64,000 nt of DNA, from NCBI GenBank assembly GCA_048013815.1, contig CM106586.1, forward strand, positions 8,370,001-8,434,000, read 5' to 3'. The stretch comes from Setoptus koraiensis. Taxonomy: Eukaryota; Animalia; Arthropoda. Made by a program: the position numbers and the translations under genes. The notes beneath the pieces were generated by a model that ran no database searches, had not been told where the DNA came from, and saw only the letters and a list, made by a program, of their open reading frames with translations. Below are positions 1 through 11,244 of the stretch, in pieces; the first letter of the stretch is position 1; every line of letters begins with the position of its first letter.

Positions 1-1277
1 GGCCTCGTTCGAGTGTGAGTGTGAGTAAGTGTGTGTGGCTGATAAATATTAAAATAAGGGACAGACAGTCAGAGAGAGAGAGAGAGAGCGAGAGCTTCTA
101 TGAATCATGAGATACATGAAGTAGCTAACGTCATCATCGTCGCTCACTTTGGCCGATATGCATGACTGTGTACAGTCGGCGGTGCAAAAACGGCAGAGGC
201 AGCGGCGGCGACAACGACGACAGCGACTAACCAACAACAGTTTGTTGCGTAACCTGGCAACTTTTGCTGTTACCTGGCGACCTCTTACTTATTCAGGCAC
301 ACACACACACACACTCTCTCTCGCTGGCTCGTTTGGAGCAGAGGTTTGCTCGCCTACAACTGCAAAACACATTAGATTAGATAAGCACACACACTGCACC
401 GCATCGTAGTGATGTGAGCTCACCTAACACATTTGTAGAATTGGATTGTGAGCTTGAGCGGGTGGTTCAAGTTGAGTGCCAGCATCACCATAATGAGCAC
501 ACGACGACAAACGTTTTGTTGTTTGTCGTGTGTCGTCATGATGATGATGCCAATTGATGATGAGGCTAAATGATAAATTAAATCTCGCGCGCTCGTTCAG
601 TGTCGCTCGCTATCCAATGACTGCTGGATAATTAGTGGCTGCCACAACTAGTGAAATTGTTGCTGTCTTGCCGTTGCCAATGCCACTGCTGCTGCTGCTG
701 CTGCTGCTTCTGACACGCTGCTGATTGTGTAATTTGGCGGTGGATTGGGTCGTACATTAGGGCCTAATGATTAGGCGGTGTCGTATAAACTGATGATGCT
801 GATGCTGGCTGGCTGGCTGGCCACTCGATAGTGGCGATAATAGTGGCAAGAGTTGTGTGTATTTGATGAGCTTGGTTTGGTGGCGCGTTGGGGAGATTGA
901 GGCACGGCATTACATTCACGAGCATGGTATGAAGTTCCTACCAGATTTCTATCAACTAAAGTACGGAACCACATACCCCGCTCATGATTGGTTTTTTAAA
1001 GCCGATTAGTTGATTGAGGTGGCGCAAGTTGTCGTTTTGTTCGCTTGATTGCTGGACGGCCGATGAAATTAAACAGATGGTACATATATTGTAACAAAAT
1101 CAACTTGACGACTGTGTGAACGTGGCTGGGCGTGATTGCGTCGAGAGACAAATGGCGAGCGTGTAAACTTGAGCTTGAACACATTGTGATATTATCTCTC
1201 ATGTTTAATATTATCATCATGTTAAATATTATGTAACAATATTACATAGACATGATAACTTGTGGCAATTTGTTGAC

Positions 1278-1283
1278 TGTGTG

Positions 1284-1351
<68 letters not shown>

Positions 1352-1368
1352 TGTGTGTGTGTGTGTGT
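1278..1368. repeat. (GT)n microsatellite
   Basis: About 90 bp of nearly pure TG dinucleotide read directly. Confidence 0.97.
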
Positions 1369-2133
1369 AAGTTGTGCTGTGAGCAATGTGATGTAACTAT
1401 GACGATTAAAACTAATAATGAGAGAGATTAGCGGAGATGTTGTGCCATCGAGAACTTAATTCCAAATGAGTAAAAATGCCAGCGAGCTCAACTATTTATA
1501 CCAAAAGTTGCACACACAACCAAATTGGGTGCACTGTGTGCCAAACGAACACCTTGTGCGCGCGCATAAAAAACTGTGTGCCAGAGCACAGCAATTCCGA
1601 GCTAAAGTCCGACACGATTACATCCATTAAAACGACTAGACTCGGCTAGACTCAACAACCACTCCGCTCCACAACGAAACGACACACACACACACACACA
1701 ATACGTAACATGGCGTCGCGCCGTCGAATTGTCGACTCAACCTGAACACATCAAAACGGAACAGGCCACTACAACGGAACGAAACGAACAAACAACATGT
1801 GTCAGGTTACAAGTGAAGGCGCAACAAGCGCCACCTATATGATTAACAAGTCAGCATTTACCTGAGCGCGTTGGCTCAGACAAGTGGCGCCGACTTTCGA
1901 ACGCACTCTCGAAATGCAAACACTTGTCGGTCAGCCAAAGAGGCTCCAGTGAGGCAAAAGATTTATCAACCAAGACGACTGCAAATAGCTGATTTTTATA
2001 CACCTGATCAACAGGTTAGGAATCAATAATGAAAATAACATTCATTTATTTACAACAACTACTCAATATGTATTTACAATTTACTTAGGCTGTGTCCGTG
2101 TGTCTGTCGCTTAAAATGACCGACCAGCGGTCG

Positions 2134-2628
2134 TCAGGAATACGGCATCCAATTACTGCCGTCCTCAGGTTGTAGATTACCCGTGACCAGAAGAATTATG
2201 TCAACGACCCACCAGATGCCAAGACCACCGAGCGTCAGTAGCTTTCCTATGGCGGTTCCAACATGTCCAAGACAAAATCTGTCGATACCAGCAAATCCTA
2301 ATAGGATGGAGTACAACAAGGTCGTCAAAAAATAATGACCAGTATATTTCACACAAGGGAATCCTTCCTTCATGAATGTCTTATTGCCAAAACACTCAAT
2401 GTCTGGTAAAACGGAGCATCTGGTCGGAGTGAATTCCACCTGATGATACTTCTGACCTCCGAACTTGACACATCCATATCCGAGCTCGTGTTTGGCCGTT
2501 AAGTTGCCCTTCAGATCCAACAATTCATCACATCTTAGAAAGTCTAGAGGCACTTGATGACAGGCAATCAATGGAGAATGTGGCGCCGCTTGAATGCTTA
2601 GAATGACTCCTCCACTCAGATCACCCAT
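2134..2628 (-). CDS. TM2D2: TM2 domain-containing protein (TM2D2/amaretto-like); 5' end uncertain
   Basis: C-terminal TM2 motif [49 protein letters not shown] preceded by a Cys-containing ectodomain. The ATG directly follows a possible acceptor (..tttctag), so an upstream signal-peptide exon may exist; I could not place it. Confidence 0.88.
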   Translation of the reverse strand: MGDLSGGVILSIQAAPHSPLIACHQVPLDFLRCDELLDLKGNLTAKHELGYGCVKFGGQKYHQVEFTPTRCSVLPDIECFGNKTFMKEGFPCVKYTGHYFLTTLLYSILLGFAGIDRFCLGHVGTAIGKLLTLGGLGIWWVVDIILLVTGNLQPEDGSNWMPYS

Positions 2629-3564
2629 CTAGAAATTGGTTGATTTGGTAGTTTGAGACGAAGTGAGTCAAGGTGGGAGAGAGAGGTTGACGAGAGGTAG
2701 TTACTATTAAGTTTGTTCACATGGAGTGAGACATGTATTACTAGAGTACTGTCCGTTTCTTATCAACGTAAGAGGCACAAAATTGTTTATAGAGCCTCTC
2801 GTTAGATACTCCACGATTTTAATGTAGATTTTAGCAACTTGTCTGCTGATATGTGTAGATACAGCGACTTTCTTTAGGTGTTGTTAAAATGTCTAGGGAT
2901 CATTAAAGTGGGGGAAAGGTGTATTTGGGTATGAGGCTGCGACAAGGAACAGGTTCGGCCGGCGTTAGAGCCAGTTTGAAGATAGCGTTGAACAACTATA
3001 ACTGACTCAATAATTTGTTGCCAACTGTAGAGTAAATATCGTTTTGAATTGGTTAATTGATAGGGCGAGAAACATGGTCGCAATCATGCTCCCAACCAAA
3101 TCTGACGACGACCGAACGATGAGGGTTGAATTGTTGGGTATGTTTGGTTTGGGTTCAAGTGACCATCATCTGAATATCTTACCTTCAGTTGTCATTGACT
3201 TGATATGCCTACCTGCTTATTATTCCTGTCTTGACTATTACTAAATTGGCCATCATGGTATGCATGGTATTCTGGTATTGATGAGACTATAAGAAATTTC
3301 GTTGACCGTTGGACGATTTATACTGAACGTGTTTACAGATGAAACATTGACCCGTGTTAGAAGACTTGCTTACTTTTCATCATCCTTCAGAGCGCCTGTG
3401 CGAAAAATTGGCGCCATCTTCAAACAGGATTCTTTCTCAAAAACCATTTCTTCTCATGTTAGTGGATCAGAACTATAGGTATGATCAGTAAATGTAGCTA
3501 ATCAAATCACGTCCATGACGGTTTAGGTTAAGATACAAATTTGGATAAGGCTATCTTTGCAACC

Positions 3565-4137
3565 ATGCTTTTAAAATCTTTGTTGGTGCTTTCAATATGT
3601 ATCACAGCGATAAGCAAAAAACTACCGAAAGATCCTGGTTTCATGACAGAACTCGACCTAGAGAATCTCTATGATCAATGGGAGGAGGATGAGGAGCCAT
3701 TAGCAGATGATGAACTTCCACCACACAAAAGACCCCTGAAATCAGCACCCATCATGGACATGCCTCTTGGTGGAATCAAAAATCAGGAAGATATCCACAA
3801 ATTGGCTAAAAAAGGTAAAACTCTCATGACATTTGTTACAGTGGCAAACAATCCGGCTCGCCATGAAACAGACGAGTTAACGGCCAGATGGGAGATAGGA
3901 CTAACTAATGCTCATATCAAATGCAAAAGGTATATAATTGCCGACGATCGTGCCATATTTGTTTTCGAAGACGGTGCTCTAGCCTATGAAGCTAAGAAGT
4001 ACTTTCTCGATCAACCAGAATTGAAGGACTATAGTATCGATAATCAAGTATTTCATGGTAAGGGTCATCCTGTGGAATATCCGAATGCCAAAAAGAGTAT
4101 TAGTGAATCGAAAGAAAATGAAAGAGACGAGCTTTGA
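3565..4137 (+). CDS. MESD: LDLR/LRP chaperone MESD (boca)
   Basis: Signal peptide MLLKSLLVLSICITA; motifs LYDQWEEDEE, KKGKTLMTFVTV and DDRAIFVFEDG; C-terminal ER-retention RDEL. First ATG at 3565. Intronless. Confidence 0.92.
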   Translation: MLLKSLLVLSICITAISKKLPKDPGFMTELDLENLYDQWEEDEEPLADDELPPHKRPLKSAPIMDMPLGGIKNQEDIHKLAKKGKTLMTFVTVANNPARHETDELTARWEIGLTNAHIKCKRYIIADDRAIFVFEDGALAYEAKKYFLDQPELKDYSIDNQVFHGKGHPVEYPNAKKSISESKENERDEL

Positions 4138-4194
4138 AAATTTCGCCGAATCTCAAATAGGATTCTTATGTTATTATTGTTTTCTGTGAGTCAT

Positions 4195-7100
4195 CTAATT
4201 TTCTCTTACAAGGATCACCTCGAGTTGTGAATCTTTCAATGGCTGAGTATCTCTACCTATCTCAACAAGATCGCTGACGAATGATCCCGAGAACCTTTCG
4301 ATTGGGCTCTTGATAGTTGAATTGATAAGTGAGATATAAGAGTCAATTATGCGATACAGGTCCTCTGCCGAATTAGTGTCATCATTCCTGACTTGGTAAA
4401 AAATTCGAATTGGATCCGTGGGTGAGAGATGTGATTTTTTTCTTAGTTTTTGAACTCTGTTTATGAATTCACGAGCGAAACCTTCTTCAACCATGGACTC
4501 ATCTGGTCTAATATTGAGTAGAACAACAACCTTTCCGGCGTCCTTAGCTGCATATGTCTGAACCTTATCAGTAGGGGCTTTGACATCTCCAGATCCTGAT
4601 TCACAATCATAAACTAATCTCAGTTCACCCTCGTGTATCTTTTGACCTTTCAGAGTAAAAGTCTCAGGATTTTTTTGATATTCCTCTAGACTTAATTCAT
4701 CCATCTGCTTGATGGCTTCGACGAATCCTTTGGCTTCATTTCTGAGACGAATACCGATCAATCTGGTGTCCGGGTCTGCTTTCAGTTTCACTCCATACTT
4801 TTCTTTATTATCTGTCGTGACCAACTTCTTGACATTGAGCTCTCCCAATATAAATGATTGTAGTTCAGTAACATCATCAGCAACACCCTGATCTCTCGAA
4901 ATAACAATTACTTCTGACAAGGGGTATTTGAGTGGAAGGGTCGTTTTATCTCTGATATATCGACCTAATTCTATCACAGTCTGCATCGTGGAAACTTTTC
5001 TCTCGATGTCTGGATCGATCGCGGACTCAATAACTTCTGGAAGCTGAAGATAGTGAACACTCAGTGTAGCTTCGTTCTGATTTACATCGAGCTTGCGCAA
5101 GTTTTGATAAATTATTTCGGTTATGAATGGAGTGAATGGAGCCATGACTCTAACCATAATTAGTAGTACTTGATACAGAGTGGTGAGAGCTCGTCTACAG
5201 TCCTCAGTACCTCCTTCTCCTTTCAAGCGTCGACGATTCATTCTTACATACCAATTTGTTAAGTTATCCACAAATTTAACCAATCTAGGCACAACCGTGT
5301 AGAGATGATATTTCTTCATTTCAGAATCTACGAATTTAACAAGACTCTGGGTAAATGATATGATCCATCTATCCATTATATTGTCAGATTTAACATCCTT
5401 GGAAATTTTGAAAACTTCTTTTGTTTCCAGTTCAAACATTTGTAAGTTTTGAGTGAAGAAACGGTAAGCGTTGTACCATGGGATAATGACTTCTTTCAAT
5501 ATTTCTCGCACTCCCTCCTCTCGGAATTTCAGATTTTCTGCGCGAACAGCAGGAGATGTGATGAGATATAGACGCAATGCATCAGCTCCATACTTTCCGA
5601 TAACTTCTGATGAGTCAGGGTAATTCTTCTTTCTTTTGCTCATCTTTTGACCATCACCGGCTAGAACTAAACCGTTCACTATCAAATTCTTGAAAGGGGG
5701 TTTCTCGAACAAAGCAGTTGATATTACAAGCAATGTGTAAAACCAACCTCTAGTTTGATCTATACCTTCAGCTATGAAGTCTGCCGGAAAGTTATTTTCA
5801 AATTCTAACTGTCTTTCAAATGGATAATGCTGTTGTGCATAAGGCATTGATCCAGACTCGAACCAGCAGTCAAACACTTCGGGTACCCTTCTAAGAACTC
5901 CTTTGCCCATCTTGGAAGGTATAGTGATGCGATCTACAAACTCTCTGTGTAGGTCTGTGATCTTCACCTCACTGAGCTCTTCAAGCTCTTTAATAGAGCT
6001 GATGCAAACTACTTCTTCACCATCGTCACTAATCCAAACGGGTATCGGAGTACCCCAGTAACGGTTTCTGGAAACTGCCCAATCTCTAGCGTCTTTGAGC
6101 CAGTTAGCGAAACGTCTTTCTTTGACATAACTTGGAACCCAGTAAGTGCTCTGGTTTGTCTCTAATAATTTTGCTTTGAATTGTTCAACACGAATAAACC
6201 AAGAAGGTACTGCACGATAAATTAAAGGCGTATCAGATCGCCAACAAAAGGGGTAACTGTGATTAATTGTGGCATCTTTGAACATCCTGCCTGCTTGTTT
6301 CAAATGTTTGATTATGTTCTTATCAGCATCCTTTATGTATTGGCCGACAAAATCGACCACTGGATCGGTAAATCTGCCTTGAGCATCCAATGGACAGACG
6401 ATTTTGCCATCCTTAGTGATGACTCCATTGGCCAAACAAACACGATTGTCATCTTCACCAAAGTACGGAGCTTGATGAACTATTCCTGTACCGGCATCTG
6501 AGGTTACATAATCGTCGGCAAGAACTTTGAATGCACCAGATTGTTTGAATTCTTTGTAATAATCAAAAAGTGGCTTATACTCTAGTCCCACTAATTCGGA
6601 TCCCTTGAATTTCCTTAGAATTTTGTAATTAGTTTGATAGTTCTTTTTTAGCACAGCTTCTAATCTACTCTCCAGAAGTATGTATAGAGCTTTGGTTTTG
6701 ACATCCTCTATTTCTACATAATCAAGATTAGAATTGCAGCATAAAGCTAAATTTGAAGGTAGTGTCCATGGTGTAGTCGTCCAAGCTAACAGATGCCTAT
6801 TACTTTCGACGCCGTTTGAGATTATTGGAAATGATACAGTGACAGCTGGATCTGAAATTTCCTTATAATTTTGGCCACTCTCAAAATTTGACAACGGTGT
6901 CGCACAAGCTGTTGAGTAAGGCATAACTTTGAAACCCTTGTAGACAAGATCCTTTTTGAATAGCTGGCTGAACACCCACCAAACAGACTCCATAAATTGT
7001 GGATACATGGTCTTATAATCATTCTCAAAGTCGATCCATCTTCCCATACGTTTGACTACTTTGACCCATTCAGAGGAGTATCGCATGACAATTTTACGAC

Positions 7101-7467
7101 ATTCGTCGTTGTACGCTGCAATACCCATCTTGGCCACATCATCGGGCCCTTTGATTCCTAACTTTTGGTCTATTTCATACTCAACTGGCAAGCCGTGGCA
7201 GTCCCATCCGAAGCGTCGTTCAACATAGTAGCCAGACTGTTGTGCGTAGCGGGTGACCACATCCTTGATTGTTCCTGCCAATAAATGTCCATAATGAGGC
7301 AGGCCCGTTGCAAACGGCGGTCCATCATAAAACGTGAATCGTGGCCTATTTTTTGCTAGTTCGAGACTAGTCTTAAAAGCGTCGTTTTGGTCCCAAAGTT
7401 CTAATATTCTTTCCTCTGCCTTGGCAAATTCAATTGATTCGCTCACCGAATCCAAGCTGTGTTGCAT
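4195..7467 (-). CDS. IARS1: Isoleucine--tRNA ligase, cytoplasmic; intronless, 1090 aa
   Basis: FYDGPPFATGLPHYGH (HIGH), GWDCHGLPVE, WTTTPWTLPSN, editing-domain GTGIVH, DWAVSRNRYWGTPIP and KMSKR (KMSKS). Confidence 0.98.
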   Translation of the reverse strand: MQHSLDSVSESIEFAKAEERILELWDQNDAFKTSLELAKNRPRFTFYDGPPFATGLPHYGHLLAGTIKDVVTRYAQQSGYYVERRFGWDCHGLPVEYEIDQKLGIKGPDDVAKMGIAAYNDECRKIVMRYSSEWVKVVKRMGRWIDFENDYKTMYPQFMESVWWVFSQLFKKDLVYKGFKVMPYSTACATPLSNFESGQNYKEISDPAVTVSFPIISNGVESNRHLLAWTTTPWTLPSNLALCCNSNLDYVEIEDVKTKALYILLESRLEAVLKKNYQTNYKILRKFKGSELVGLEYKPLFDYYKEFKQSGAFKVLADDYVTSDAGTGIVHQAPYFGEDDNRVCLANGVITKDGKIVCPLDAQGRFTDPVVDFVGQYIKDADKNIIKHLKQAGRMFKDATINHSYPFCWRSDTPLIYRAVPSWFIRVEQFKAKLLETNQSTYWVPSYVKERRFANWLKDARDWAVSRNRYWGTPIPVWISDDGEEVVCISSIKELEELSEVKITDLHREFVDRITIPSKMGKGVLRRVPEVFDCWFESGSMPYAQQHYPFERQLEFENNFPADFIAEGIDQTRGWFYTLLVISTALFEKPPFKNLIVNGLVLAGDGQKMSKRKKNYPDSSEVIGKYGADALRLYLITSPAVRAENLKFREEGVREILKEVIIPWYNAYRFFTQNLQMFELETKEVFKISKDVKSDNIMDRWIISFTQSLVKFVDSEMKKYHLYTVVPRLVKFVDNLTNWYVRMNRRRLKGEGGTEDCRRALTTLYQVLLIMVRVMAPFTPFITEIIYQNLRKLDVNQNEATLSVHYLQLPEVIESAIDPDIERKVSTMQTVIELGRYIRDKTTLPLKYPLSEVIVISRDQGVADDVTELQSFILGELNVKKLVTTDNKEKYGVKLKADPDTRLIGIRLRNEAKGFVEAIKQMDELSLEEYQKNPETFTLKGQKIHEGELRLVYDCESGSGDVKAPTDKVQTYAAKDAGKVVVLLNIRPDESMVEEGFAREFINRVQKLRKKSHLSPTDPIRIFYQVRNDDTNSAEDLYRIIDSYISLINSTIKSPIERFSGSFVSDLVEIGRDTQPLKDSQLEVILVREN

Positions 7468-7768
7468 TTTCTTCTCTATTTGTCTTGGCTGTATTGTATC
7501 AAATTTATTTGACTACGGTGTATGTGTGCTCTCTGCACTTCAAGCGTGCGCCCCGAAACAAGATCTGATAATATTGTTAATTGAATATTGGTCAAAGATA
7601 AGCCGATCCAGTTATCTTATCTGCAGTGCAAAACGGTAGTGTAACGAGATACCATCAGCTGGATTAAACCGGCACGATATTGGCAGCCATGTGCTTTCGA
7701 TGGCGACGGCGGCGCCTGCGCGTGAATAGTCCGCCGGAGAATATATGTGCAAATATAATTCAACGTGC

Positions 7769-7930
7769 GAATATTCGCATTGATATTCATGAATATCACT
7801 TTGTCAGTATAGTATACTGTGCATTCAGCAGTGGCGAACCGCAGTGAATGTTGGCCGATCATTGCACTTGTCGATATTCACGGATATCGACAATCCATGG
7901 CGGGTCATGTGAATATTCGCGTGAATATTC
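7769..7930. promoter_or_regulatory. Cluster of GAATATTC palindromes between divergent IARS1 and CLIC
   Basis: Perfect GAATATTC at 7769-7776, 7911-7918 and 7923-7930 plus degenerate copies (GATATTC, GAATATC). Matches two-unit nGAAnnTTCn, but function is unproven. Confidence 0.25.
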
Positions 7931-8920
7931 AGATGAATCAGTGAATCATGCGCTGGCACTGGATCTGTCCATATTTTGCCTATGGTGTGCAGGGCTTTAG
8001 ACATGCGGCATGCCATTTGCTGTGTACAATCGAATCGTGTGTGTGTGTGTGGCAGCCCCCCTTCCGCCCCCGCGAATGATGACGCGCAATACGCACTCAC
8101 GATTCAAAATGTGAGACTCTCATCCACTGTTGAAGGTGTGCACAGTTAACAGACGACAATGGAACAGGTTGCACTAGTGGTATCATTATAGAGCAACTAC
8201 CCATAGGCAACAAGAGGTCTGGTGCCATTGCAAATTGTTGTTGTTATGGCACTACTTTAATACAAAATGCCATCTATTCGTTGTGCGTCGGCTCGCGGGC
8301 ACAGAACCATCAGTGGGACGGTGTGCGCCGCCTATGGCAATTGTGTCGAGTGTGCCCAGAATTTGTTGAGGGCGCTCCGTTGAGCGAGCGCATCGCGCAC
8401 AATCTGTGCGTCCGTTGTTCGTCAACTGAAAAATGCATTGTGGGAGGCATCGAAGCCTTTACACTGGAAACGGTTTCATGTTCGCTACACCCTTTAGTAT
8501 CTGTATCTGGTTCGGTAAATATTTGGACAGTAGAATAAAATCGACCCCCACTCTGCAGCGCAGAAGCGCAAATTGATCGTGTGCGCAGCTGAAAAGGGGG
8601 TCGATCGTTTGGCAGTGTTCGTTTATTTGCTGAACTGATCGCACTGACAAAGCGTGCACTGTGTGTGCAGCATACGAGTGCTCGAACACAACACAGCAAG
8701 TTTGCTCGTTTCATTGAGCTCTGGTTTTCTGCGTTTCATTTTATTTTATTTTGTTCACCATCGTCCATTTCGCTACGATTAGTTTACGTTCTCGACACAA
8801 TACGAGGTGCACCAACGATCAATATTATCATTTGTAGTAATATTTGTAATATTACTTGTATCATTATCATTATTATTGTTATTATTGTTACCTCAACCAC
8901 CACAAGCTTAGTTGTTCAAT

Positions 8921-9673
8921 ATGGCCAAAACGGACTACGGTGACATACCAGAAATCGAGCTTATTATCAAGGCCTCAACCATAGATGGAAGGAGGAAGGG
9001 AGCCTGTCTATTTTGTCAAGAATACTTTATGGATTTATATTTATTAGCAGAACTTAAGACTATATCTCTAAAAGTAACAACAGTAGACACATTGAAACCA
9101 CCACCAGATTTCAGATCAAATTTTGATTCTACGCCACCACCAATTCTTATTGATCGCGAGCACGCCATTTTGGAAAATGATAAAATTGAACGTTATATCA
9201 TGAAAAATATACCTGGTGGACACAATTTGTTCATATCAGACAAAGAGACTGCAGCAACAATCGAAAATTTATATAGTAAATTCAAATTGATGCTAGCGAG
9301 AAAAGATGAAACATCCAGAAAAGCTTTCCTAAATCAACTTAAAAATATCAACCAACATCTAGAGAAGAGAGCCTCTCGATTCCTTACCGGCGACACAATG
9401 TGCTGTTTTGATTGCGAACTAATGCCAAGGCTGCAACACATCAGGGTGGCCGGTGAGTATTTTGCTAATTTTGAAATACCAGACGATTTCTCTGGTATTT
9501 GGCGTTACATGTATAATATGTATCAATTAGATGCGTTCACACAATCTTGTCCAGCTGATCAAGATATTATCAACCATTACAAAAATCAGCAGAATGTTCG
9601 GATGAAGAAACACGAAGAATTAGAAATGCCAACGTTTTCCACTAATATTCCCGTCAATCTTGAGATGAAATGA
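8921..9673 (+). CDS. Clic: Chloride intracellular channel (CLIC, GST-fold), invertebrate type
   Basis: [46 protein letters not shown] and [25 protein letters not shown]. First ATG at 8921. Intronless. Confidence 0.96.
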   Translation: MAKTDYGDIPEIELIIKASTIDGRRKGACLFCQEYFMDLYLLAELKTISLKVTTVDTLKPPPDFRSNFDSTPPPILIDREHAILENDKIERYIMKNIPGGHNLFISDKETAATIENLYSKFKLMLARKDETSRKAFLNQLKNINQHLEKRASRFLTGDTMCCFDCELMPRLQHIRVAGEYFANFEIPDDFSGIWRYMYNMYQLDAFTQSCPADQDIINHYKNQQNVRMKKHEELEMPTFSTNIPVNLEMK

Positions 9674-9676
9674 ATG

Positions 9677-9700
9677 TATATATCTATATATCTATATATA

Positions 9701-9740
<40 letters not shown>

Positions 9741-9750
9741 CATAGATATA
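9677..9750. repeat. (TA)n-rich microsatellite immediately 3' of the CLIC stop
   Basis: Direct reading. Confidence 0.9.
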
Positions 9751-11184
9751 TTCGTGTATGTTTATGTAACCTAAAATCAATACATTAATAATATTAATAA
9801 TAATAATTACAACGAAATCACTACTACACGCAATCTCTTCTCGCTATCTGTATCAGTATATGAGAGATATACAGTGAGTGTATAGAGGGACAAAAATGGG
9901 CAGGGAGTTTGATTCAAGAGGAAGCTAAATTCATAATTGTTGTAGTAAAAATATGAATGCTTATGTGTACAGGTGAGTTGAGTCTTATGATAGTGAATCA
10001 TGGTAGTAATAGAGGCGACCAGTTTGTGTGGAGAGTTGAGTGTACAAACAGCAACAACAACACTGAAAACACTTGTGAGAGAGAATGGTCATCTCAACAA
10101 CAACAACTACAGCAACAGCAGCAGCAACAATTGCTGGGTGTGATACCGTCAAATTGTTGACTTGTTGTTGCATTTGTCGTTGCAGCTGTAGTCTGCTAGT
10201 CGACTAATGCTAATATTACTAGTTTGCATCATTCCTTTTTTATCTTCATCATCCACTTCTTACACAATCATCATTTCCATGTTGTATAGTGTATGTGTGT
10301 TGTATGGCAAAAGAAAGTAAGAGAGACATGGCAGGTAGAAACTGCGTGAGTTTTTGTTGTTTGTATTTTTGTTAGAAAATAGCAAAAGCAAAAACTAGTG
10401 AGGCACAGGGGGTGGTTCGATTCATCATTCATTGTCTAGGCAGGATGAGGATGACGGCGACGAATAATGGAGAAAATTTCTATTTCTATTCTTATTCCTT
10501 CTTTCTTTATGTTGTCGTTGTTGGTTGCTGCAACAACGACAACAGCGCACAGTATCCCAGCAAGAGAATTTCGTTTAATATGAGAGTGAAAGACATAGTG
10601 CACCGATGGAGTAGAATAGATGTTTGTTTAGAAAATAAACGAAAAATGATGCGCCCGACACATCTAGTTGGATGACGCGATATAAACAGGTAGATTTCAT
10701 TAGGTTGGTTGGACAACAGCAACAACAACAACAGGATGATAATAGTATGCGCCATCATTAAACCACTACGGCGTAATTACTATGCTGAGCTGCCGATTAT
10801 CACATAACGTTCACATTTGTTTGGTCTGGTCCTGTTTATCTCCTCTGACAGGTCACATCTTCGTGGTGGGCGATCTATCATCCGCACGGCGGCGCAGAGC
10901 GGTAGTCGTTGTTGTTGATTTAACTGTTATCGGTGAGTGATTGTTGACGCAATTGTGATTGTTTGCGAACAATTGAAAATGTCCCAACATCGTCGGCCCA
11001 ACGACTAACGAATTAATGGCACGCACTCGAGAAACAAACGAACGAAGAAGGCGACGATACTTTGAACAAAAGTTGGTATAATGAGTATTGCGTGTCTAGC
11101 GTGAATATGGCAAGTGTGGGCATGGACATACAATGAGTCGGCAACAAGTTGTAGGAGAGAGTTCGATTCTCGGAAGATTTTATC

Positions 11185-11205
11185 ACAACAACAACAACAG
11201 CAACG

Positions 11206-11236
<31 letters not shown>

Positions 11237-11244
11237 CGACAACA
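11185..11244. repeat. (CAA)n microsatellite
   Basis: Direct reading; one of many CAA/GTT arrays in the 10-15 kb intergenic block. Confidence 0.9.

Noticed and set aside
2705-2880. Upstream TM2D2 exon or kinase-like snippet (IYIKIVEYLTRGSI)
   Set aside because: No frame-compatible ATG/donor combination with the 2629 acceptor; the snippet is too short to support.
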